Origin: an uncultured Verrucomicrobiae bacterium
GTDB lineage: Bacteria > Verrucomicrobiota > Verrucomicrobiia > Chthoniobacterales > UBA10450
Length of the DNA: 64,000 nucleotides
Assembly: GCA_963742295.1 (NCBI GenBank)
Contig: CAVULI010000007.1
Coordinates: 213,372 to 277,371 of the forward strand
Direction of reading: 5' to 3'
Made by a program: the position numbers and the translations under genes. Positions 30,250 to 37,078 of this stretch are shown in pieces (position 1 is the stretch's first letter; every line of letters starts with the position of its first letter). The notes under the pieces are model-generated. The model searched no databases. It had not been told where the DNA came from and saw nothing but the letters and a program-made list of their open reading frames with translations.

Positions 30250-30483
30250 TTTCAGTCGATCAAGCTCGTCGCGACCTTTTCCGGTTTTGTAATAACGCTC
30301 TTTTCCCATCGCATCGGCGCGACTCGAAAAACTCTCACTGTGCAACAGAACCCACGGAACGCCGTGACGTGTAGATTTGGAATGACCCGCATTGTGTCGT
30401 CGGAGCCGTTCCGCCACATCTTCACACGATCCGACATACCGCCGTCCGGTTTTCGCGCTCCGCAAAACGTACACGTGAAACAT
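30244..30483 (-). CDS. GIY-YIG nuclease family protein (small, COG2827/URI-like)
   Basis: 79 aa: MFHVYVLRSAKTGRRYVGSCEDVAERLRRHNAGHSKSTRHGVPWVLLHSESF...E..YK. The track ORF extends to 30540, but that extension runs through the tRNA-Pro gene. Confidence 0.8.
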   Translation of the reverse strand: MFHVYVLRSAKTGRRYVGSCEDVAERLRRHNAGHSKSTRHGVPWVLLHSESFSSRADAMGKERYYKTGKGRDELDRLKW

Positions 30484-30498
30484 GAGAGGGAGCGGAAA

Positions 30499-30572
30499 TC
30501 GGGACGACAGGATTTGAACCTGCGACTTCCTGGACCCCATCCAGGCGTTCTACCAAGCTGAACTACGTCCCG
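30499..30572 (-). tRNA. tRNA-Pro (anticodon GGG)
   Basis: Cloverleaf folded by hand: CGGGACG-TA-GTTC-AGCTTGGTA-GAAC-G-CCTGG-ATGGGGT-CCAGG-AAGTC-GCAGG-TTCAAAT-CCTGT-CGTCCCG-A. CCA is not encoded. Confidence 0.9.
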
Positions 30573-30627
30573 TTCGCCGGTGACTATGAACTAACGTTGG
30601 GAAAAAACCAGCAGCGCGAAAGAGCAA

Positions 30628-30705
30628 CGACTTGTCGCCGCGGCGACCGTTCTACCAAGGCTCGCCACGGCGAGTCCGTCCTTCGGCGGACTGAACTACG
30701 TCCCG
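30628..30705 (-). pseudogene. tRNA-Pro-derived 5' fragment (acceptor-5', D arm with a 31-nt hairpin insertion) ending in the same palindrome GTCGCCGCGGCGAC
   Basis: On the minus strand: CGGGACGTAGTTCAG-[tccgccgaaggacggactcgccgtggcgagc]-CTTGGTAGAACG-GTCGCCGCGGCGAC-AAGTCG. No T arm follows. Confidence 0.7.
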
Positions 30706-30789
30706 TGATTGCGGCAGCTACGGCCCGACGTGCGCGGAATATCGGCGGCGGAAAAGCGGGTGCAAGCGCGGAACTGAGTTCGAGGGATG

Positions 30790-30877
30790 GAAACGTCCAA
30801 CGTCCAACGTTCAACGTTTTAATGGACGCTTCGGAAGTTGAAACGTTGGACGTTGGACGTTGAACGTTGGACGTTTC
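30790..30877. repeat. Long hairpin built from inverted arrays of 7-bp tandem repeats (AACGTCC / GGACGTT) with a CTTCGG-containing loop
   Basis: gaaACGTCCAACGTCCAACGTTCAACGTTTT-aatggacgcttcggaagtt-GAAACGTTGGACGTTGGACGTTGAACGTTGGACGTTTC. Confidence 0.8.
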
Positions 30878-30893
30878 TGGAATGCGCAATTAA

Positions 30894-31760
30894 CTAGCCG
30901 TCCCACGCCGTCAGGAACGCATCGATCAACTCCGGCAGATCGTCGCTGTAACCGCCTTCCAGGATGGCGCCGCTTGGGATGCCGGATTCGCGCAGCCACT
31001 TTCCGCAAGTGGCGAAATCTTCCTTCTCCAGTGTCATCTCCGTGATCGGATCGCCGGCATAGGCATCGAACCCGGCCGAGACCAGGATCAGATCGGGCTT
31101 GAATTCGGCTAACGAGTGCAAGGCCCGCTCGATCTCCGCCATGTGCTGCGCGCGCGGCGTGAGCGGGCGCACGGGGAAATTGTGAATGTTGGCGAATGAA
31201 TGCAGGCCGGTGCCGGGATAACCGGGCGATTGATGGATGGAAGCGAAGGCGATTTGCGCATGGTTGGCCACGATCGCTTCCGTGCCGTTGCCATGATGGG
31301 CATCGAAATCCCAAATGGCGACGCGCTCGGCTCCACTCGTTAGGCTATCGAGCGCGGCAATCGCGATGTGACTGAAGTAACAAAAACCCATCGCCTGGTT
31401 GCGCGTGGCGTGATGACCCGGCGGACGCATGAGACTGAAGGCCTTCTCGCCGCGCAGCGCCGCTTGCGCCACTTCCACCGCCGCACCGCTGGCCCGCGCC
31501 GCGTGCGCGAAGATGTCCGGGTAGGCCGGCGAATCGGTGTCGAAATCCTGCCGGCCATTCTCGATCGCATCGACGTGTGGCGCGGAATGCGCGCGCAACA
31601 GCATCTCCCGCGTCGCCGCCTGCGGCACGCGCCACGTCCAACCGGCGTGACGTTCCTTGAGCAACGACACTGTCGCAGTGATCCGCTGCGGACGTTCCGG
31701 ATGCCCAGGTCTCGAATATTCGACGCAACGTGGATCGTGAAGAAGTATCATACGCGCCAA
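30894..31760 (-). CDS. Histone deacetylase-family (class II / AcuC-like) deacetylase
   Basis: 288 aa with HPERPQR, RPPGHHA, DFDAHHGNGT and GGY near the C-terminus. Confidence 0.85.
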   Translation of the reverse strand: MARMILLHDPRCVEYSRPGHPERPQRITATVSLLKERHAGWTWRVPQAATREMLLRAHSAPHVDAIENGRQDFDTDSPAYPDIFAHAARASGAAVEVAQAALRGEKAFSLMRPPGHHATRNQAMGFCYFSHIAIAALDSLTSGAERVAIWDFDAHHGNGTEAIVANHAQIAFASIHQSPGYPGTGLHSFANIHNFPVRPLTPRAQHMAEIERALHSLAEFKPDLILVSAGFDAYAGDPITEMTLEKEDFATCGKWLRESGIPSGAILEGGYSDDLPELIDAFLTAWDG

Positions 31761-31842
31761 CGGCTAAAATGTGCGCGACGCACCTGCCAAATCTTGTAGC
31801 TCGTTGTGCTTCTTCGTTACTCGGCTTCTAACCTGACAAGGC

Positions 31843-34053
31843 TCAGGATTTCGGTTTCTCCGGCGCAGCATCTCCGGAGGCTTCACTCGTTAGGCCGCGG
31901 CGTTCCAGGAGCGGCTTGATGTCGGGCGGGCCGCCGGTGAAGTTGCGGAATTGTTCGAGTGCGTCCTGGCTGCCGCCGCGGGAGAGCAGGGTCTGGCGGA
32001 AGCGGTCGCCGTTCTCGCGTTTCAAGCCACCGTTGTTTTTGATCCATTGCACGGTATCGGCGTCGAGCACTTCGCTCCAGATGTAGGAGTAGTAGCCGGC
32101 GGAGTAATCACCGGAGAAGGAATGGGAGAAGTAAGGCGAGCGATAACGCGGCGGGACGGGCGCGAAGTCGACACCGTAACGTTTCAAGGCATCGGCTTCG
32201 AAAGCCATGGCGTCTTTCGGAATTTCGCTCGGCTTAAGTTGGTGCCAGGCCTGGTCGAGTAACGTCGCGGCGAGGTATTCGGTCGTCTTGAAACCTTGAT
32301 CGAATTTTTCCGCGGCCACCACCTTGTCGAGTAACTCCTGCGGCATTGGTTCGCCGGTCTGGTAATGCTTGGCGTAGTTCTTGAGGATAGCAGGCCAGGT
32401 CGCCCACATCTCATTCACCTGCGAAGGGAACTCGACGAAATCACGCGGCACGTTGGTTCCGGCAAAGCGCGGATATTTCACATTGGAGAACATGCCATGC
32501 AGCGCGTGACCGAATTCGTGAAACATGGTGCGCGCTTCATCGAAGGTCAGCAGCGTCGGCTCGCCCGCGGGCGGCTTGGGAATGTTAAGATGATTTGCGA
32601 CCACAGGCCGAGTACCTAACAAGTCGCTTTGCGAAACGTATTCGTTCATCCAGGCGCCGCCGCGTTTCGAGGGACGCGCATACATGTCGGAGATAAAGAA
32701 GGCGAGCGATTTGCCATCGGCATCGAAGACTTCAAAGACGCGCACGTCTTCCTGGTAAACCGGCAGGTCCTTGCGTTCCTTGAAGGTCAGGCCGTAGAGC
32801 TGGTTGGCGGCGAAGAAGACGCCGTCCTGCTGGACGTGATTAAGCTCAAAGTAAGGTTTCACCTGCGATTCATCGAAGGCGTATTTGGCCTTGCGCACTT
32901 TCTCCGAGTAGAAGGCCCAATCCCATGAGGCGAGCGGGAACTTGCCGCCTTCCTGGTCGATCACGGCCTGCATGTCGGCCGCTTCACGTTTCGCATTGGC
33001 GACCGCGGGCGGCGCGAGTTCGCCTAACAACTTGTTGACCGTGGCGACGTCCCTGGCGGTTTGATCTTCCAGTTGGTAATCGGCGTGGGTCTTGTAGCCG
33101 AGCAACGCGGCGCGTTCCGCGCGCAGACGCGCGATCTTCATGATGGTATCGCGCGTGTCGAAGCCACCGCCTTTGCTATTGCGCGTGAGCGAAGCGTTCA
33201 TGATCCGCTCGCGCAGGGTGCGATTTTCCAGCGAGCTTAAGGCCGGCTGACCAGTGGTGTTTTGCAAGGGGATGAGAAACTGGCCGTCCTTCTTTTGGTC
33301 CTTGGCCGCTTTGGCCGCGGCGGCGATCTCGTTGTCGGCGAAGCCGGCTAGCTCTTCTTTCTTATCCACCCAAACACCGTTGGCGTTCTTCTCCTTCAAG
33401 ACATCCTGGGTAAACTTTGTCTGCAAGGTGGCGAGCTCGGCGTTCATCGCCTTGAGCTTCTTCTTATCGGCATCGGAAAGCTTGGCCCCGGCCCGGATGA
33501 AATCCTTCTGGTAACGCTCGAGCAGATACTTCGATTCGGCATCGAGACCTAGCTGCTCGCGCTGGTCGTAAAGCTTCTGCACGCGCGCGAACAATTTGCT
33601 ATTAAGCAGAATCTCATCGGCATGCGCGGACAGCTTCGGCGCCATCTCCGCTTCCACTTTCTGCAAGACCGGATTGGTGTTGGCGCCGGCGAGGTTACCA
33701 AAGATGGCGTTGACCCGCGTCAGGGTGCGGCCGGATTTTTCCAGCGCAACCATGGTGTTATCGAAGGTGGGCGGCTCGGGATTGTTCGCGATCGCTTCGA
33801 CTTCCTTCAACTGCTCCGCCATGGATTGTGTGAAAGCCGGCGCGTAATCCTCGTTCTTGATCTGGTCGAACGGCGGGAATTGGAATTGGAGCGAGCTTGC
33901 GACCAGCAGGGGATTAGCGTGGGCCGCAGGTTTTGTTTCCTTGGCCGGAGCAGGTGAGGTAGTGGCGGCGAACATGATCGAGATAGGCGCGCAAACGAGT
34001 GCCACGAATCCGAGGTTTGTAAACGCAGCGAAGAAGGGATGTCGGTGTTTCAT
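31843..34053 (-). CDS. dcp: M3-family metallopeptidase (peptidyl-dipeptidase Dcp-like), secreted
   Basis: 736 aa with an N-terminal hydrophobic signal and the zinc motif HEFGHALHG. Length and layout match Dcp/oligopeptidase A. Confidence 0.88.
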   Translation of the reverse strand: MKHRHPFFAAFTNLGFVALVCAPISIMFAATTSPAPAKETKPAAHANPLLVASSLQFQFPPFDQIKNEDYAPAFTQSMAEQLKEVEAIANNPEPPTFDNTMVALEKSGRTLTRVNAIFGNLAGANTNPVLQKVEAEMAPKLSAHADEILLNSKLFARVQKLYDQREQLGLDAESKYLLERYQKDFIRAGAKLSDADKKKLKAMNAELATLQTKFTQDVLKEKNANGVWVDKKEELAGFADNEIAAAAKAAKDQKKDGQFLIPLQNTTGQPALSSLENRTLRERIMNASLTRNSKGGGFDTRDTIMKIARLRAERAALLGYKTHADYQLEDQTARDVATVNKLLGELAPPAVANAKREAADMQAVIDQEGGKFPLASWDWAFYSEKVRKAKYAFDESQVKPYFELNHVQQDGVFFAANQLYGLTFKERKDLPVYQEDVRVFEVFDADGKSLAFFISDMYARPSKRGGAWMNEYVSQSDLLGTRPVVANHLNIPKPPAGEPTLLTFDEARTMFHEFGHALHGMFSNVKYPRFAGTNVPRDFVEFPSQVNEMWATWPAILKNYAKHYQTGEPMPQELLDKVVAAEKFDQGFKTTEYLAATLLDQAWHQLKPSEIPKDAMAFEADALKRYGVDFAPVPPRYRSPYFSHSFSGDYSAGYYSYIWSEVLDADTVQWIKNNGGLKRENGDRFRQTLLSRGGSQDALEQFRNFTGGPPDIKPLLERRGLTSEASGDAAPEKPKS

Positions 34054-34153
34054 AAGGTGCGAGGTGGTGAAGGGGAAAGACGATAGCCGATTCGCGTGCG
34101 GAAGAAAGAGATCGCACGCGAATTATTCGGCGATTGTGTATAATGCCCGACCC

Positions 34154-35668
34154 GTGAAATTGCTCCGCCTGCTGCTCCTGATTGGTTGCGTCGCCTCGGC
34201 GCGCGGGCAGAGCATTGCCATTCCCTGGAGCGGACACGGGCACGATCCGCAGCACAGCAGCATCTCGAAGACTGCGGGGCAGCCGTTATCGCAGATCAAA
34301 TGGCAGCAGCTGATCGATCTGAACCGCGTCTATTCCGGCACTTCGCTGCTCATTCACTACGGCGTGCCGCTGGTCACACGGCAAAACACCATCGTCATTC
34401 CGGTGAAGACGGGGGCGGACGGCGGGTTTCAAGTCGAAGGACATGATGCCACCAACGGCGCGATCAAGTGGACGCTGGTTTCGGATTACATTTTGCCGAC
34501 GCACGATTGGGTGCCGGAATTCGGCATCTGCCTGACGCCGAAAAACCGCGTCTATTATCCGGGAATCGGCGGCACGGTTTATTACCGCGATAATCCCGAC
34601 GCGGCCAGCGGACCGACTGGCCAGCTGGCTTTCTTCGGACTATCGAACTACCAGGCGAACCCGGCCGACTTCAACAGCAAGATCAAGATCAACACGCCGA
34701 TCGTTTCGGATCGCTACGGCAACATCTACTTTGGTTATGACGTCCTAGGCACAACTAACCCGGTCATAGCGCCGGGCATCGCGCGCATCGCCGAGGATGG
34801 AACCGGTAGCTGGGTCGCGGGAGCCGCGGCGGCCAACGACGTCACTACTAGTCGCACGGTCGTGAACTGCGCGCCGGCCTTAAGTAACGACGGCAAGACC
34901 TTGTATGGAGTCGTTAGGTTCAATAGCTCACCGGCCGGTTACCTGGTCTCAGTCGATGCCCGGACGATGACGCCGATCTCGCGGGTTCGATTGAAGGACG
35001 TAGCTAACCCGACGAGCGATGCCTTTGTTTTCGATAGCGGTAGCGCTTCGCCAGCGGTGGGGCCGGACGGCGATGTTTACATAGGTGTGCTGGAAAGCGC
35101 GATCCCCGCCCACAACGGCCGTGGCTGGATGTTGCACTACGATTCTACTCTCACGCAGTCGAAAACGCCCGGCTCTTTCGGCTGGGACGACACGCCCTCG
35201 ATTGTGCCGGCGTCGTTAGTTCCGTCCTACCACGGCAACTCGAGTTACCTGCTGCTTTGCAAATACAATAACTACGCCGGCTACGGGACCGGCGATGGCG
35301 TCAACAAGGTGGCGATCCTTGATCCGAACGACACTCAATCGGATCCGATCACGCCGAGTGTGACCACCATGAAGGAAATCCTGACCGTGGTTAGTCCGAC
35401 CCACGTGGATGAGGGATCGGGTTATCCCAATGCCGTGAGCGAATGGTGCATCAACGCCGCGGCGGTGGATCCGTTCGCCAAAGCCGCTTTCCTTAGCTGC
35501 GAGGATGGCAAGACTTATCGCTGGGATTTCACCACTAACACGCTGTCGCAGTCGATTGTCCTGACCGATGGGCTGGGCGAAGCCTACACACCTACCTTCA
35601 TCGGGGTGGATGGGACCGTTTACGCCATTGCCAACGGCATCCTTTTCGCGATCGGAGCAGCGCCATGA
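34154..35668 (+). CDS. Secreted beta-propeller-like repeat protein (PQQ-like repeats)
   Basis: GTG 34154 gives MKLLRLLLLIGCVASARG-QS.... The protein has repeated G-x-VY / DG-x-Y strands. The long N-terminal extension in the track ORF (from 33857) is antisense to dcp. Confidence 0.55.
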   Translation: MKLLRLLLLIGCVASARGQSIAIPWSGHGHDPQHSSISKTAGQPLSQIKWQQLIDLNRVYSGTSLLIHYGVPLVTRQNTIVIPVKTGADGGFQVEGHDATNGAIKWTLVSDYILPTHDWVPEFGICLTPKNRVYYPGIGGTVYYRDNPDAASGPTGQLAFFGLSNYQANPADFNSKIKINTPIVSDRYGNIYFGYDVLGTTNPVIAPGIARIAEDGTGSWVAGAAAANDVTTSRTVVNCAPALSNDGKTLYGVVRFNSSPAGYLVSVDARTMTPISRVRLKDVANPTSDAFVFDSGSASPAVGPDGDVYIGVLESAIPAHNGRGWMLHYDSTLTQSKTPGSFGWDDTPSIVPASLVPSYHGNSSYLLLCKYNNYAGYGTGDGVNKVAILDPNDTQSDPITPSVTTMKEILTVVSPTHVDEGSGYPNAVSEWCINAAAVDPFAKAAFLSCEDGKTYRWDFTTNTLSQSIVLTDGLGEAYTPTFIGVDGTVYAIANGILFAIGAAP

Positions 35669-36797
35669 AGAAGTGGTGCTTGCTCGCGCTGTCTACCACT
35701 CGTTAGGTATCATGGCCTATGCGGGACTGAGCATGTCGCTCTCCGCCTCCGTGCAAAACAGCGCGCGTGGTCGCGAACTGGTTTTCAGTGGGACCCTCAC
35801 CAACACCAGCTCGACCGACAAGTTATTCCTGAACGATATCGCTCCGACCTTGAGTGGAGCTTCGGCGACGAATCTGTCTTTCCAGCCGAATAGCTTCTTC
35901 TCCAACGTGCCGGGTGTCCTATTGCCGAGCGAGAGCTATAGCAACGACGAGGTCTTTCGTGTTTCACTCAAAGGCACGGCCCCGGCTGGAGACTATGGTG
36001 GAACAGTTACCGTGCGCGGCGGCGCTGATATCTTCGCTAACGGCGACCTGGCCAGCGCGGGTTTCACCATCCTGTCCCCGGACGTGAACCTGGCGGCGAC
36101 TGATGCGAACGCCTCGGAGCAAGGTCCCGATCCCGGCGTCTTTACCATCTCGCGCACAGGCAGCACGACGATCGACCTTCCTGTCTTCTTCGCCATTAGC
36201 GGAACGGCCGTGAATGGCTCGGCCTACAATGCCATTGCGCCGGCGGGAACGATCCCGGCTGGTAGTAGCTCGACGACGATCACTATTACGCCTATTCCCA
36301 ATAACGTCGCCGAAGGGGATAGGAGCGTGAATCTCCTGCTCACTTCCTCCAGCGCCTACAACCTTGGACTAACTATTACTGACACAGTTACCATTCACGA
36401 CAAACCAGCCGACGCCTGGCGCTTCCAGGAATTTGGCGCCAATGCCAACGATCCCGCGGCCGCGGACGCGAGTGACTGGGACCACGATGGCATCCAGAAT
36501 CTGCTCGAGTTCGCGCTCGATCTTAACCCGAAGGCATCCGACACGACCGCCTTGCCTGCGGCTGTGATCACGAATGATTACCTGACGATTTCGTTTGTGC
36601 CTAACACGGACGCGACTGATGTGAATTTCATCGTTGAAGCTTCGACTGACCTGACGAGCTGGAACACCACCGACGTGGAAGACATCACCGGGCCAAACCC
36701 GAATCCGCCGGGCCTGCGGACGTTTCGTTACAAATTCGCTGTCGGACCGACGAGCAAGGCATTCCTGCGGCTGCGCGTCGCGCGCACGGATCTGTAA
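35665..36797 (+). CDS. Secreted protein with a Calx-beta-like domain and a DxDxDG / beta-sandwich C-terminal module; 5' end ambiguous
   Basis: ATG 35665 (ATGA overlap with the upstream stop) encodes MKKWCLLALSTT and then hits the TAG of a motif copy. The body of the gene (..SLGIMAYAGLSMSLSASVQ...) is in another frame. Alternative in-frame starts are GTG at about 35674 or ATG 35712. The C-terminus is DWDHDGIQNLLEFALDLNP...EASTDLTSWN...AFLRLRVARTDL. Confidence 0.6.
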
Positions 36798-36831
36798 CTC
36801 CGGCGATCGTGCGCCGAGAAGAAGTCGCGAT

Positions 36832-36958
36832 GTCATCCTGAGCCCGCGAAGACGGCGAAGGATCTCACGATCGCACTGTCGACGAACGCGCAGCAAAATG
36901 CATCGCCCGGATACCGGCTGTGAGATCCTTCGGCGCGCTCCGCCAGCCTCAGGATGAC
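36832..36958. mobile_element. MITE/REP-like palindromic element (termini GTCATCCTGAG...CGAAGGATCTCAC / GTGAGATCCTTCG...CTCAGGATGAC)
   Basis: 127-bp intergenic element with matching inverted ends of 11 + 13 nt and a divergent interior. The spurious ORF 36369..37070 runs through it. Confidence 0.55.
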
Positions 36959-37078
36959 CCTGTAAGTTCTTCACGCAGCGACCGCGCGGCGCGGCCGTAA
37001 TCATCTGAGAAAAGTTTGCCCACGACGGAGCTTGCTTAAGCTCGTTCCGATCAGCAAATTGTGCGGTCACTTAATCAG

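Noticed and set aside
30244-30540. The 98-aa version of the GIY-YIG ORF starting at 30540.
   Set aside because: The first 19 codons run straight through the intact tRNA-Pro gene (30499-30572). The conserved GIY-YIG domain begins at the internal Met (30483).
30196-30705. Interpreting the two half pseudo-tRNAs as an intron-containing or trans-spliced (split) functional tRNA-Pro.
   Set aside because: Joining the halves leaves a 14-nt palindrome with a 4-nt loop in place of the 17-nt anticodon stem-loop, so no anticodon exists. A complete tRNA-Pro also sits inside the would-be intron. I saw no group I or II intron core elements, although this was not checked with covariance models.
30790-30877. 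The heptamer repeat array as a CRISPR array.
   Set aside because: The units are 7 bp, directly abutting with no spacers, and arranged as two inverted blocks. No cas genes are present in the window.
31775-31800. A small hairpin GTGCG-TCG-CGCAC followed by ATTTTA downstream of dcp, as an intrinsic terminator.
   Set aside because: The stem is only 5 bp and the T-run is short and interrupted. This is too weak to call from sequence alone.
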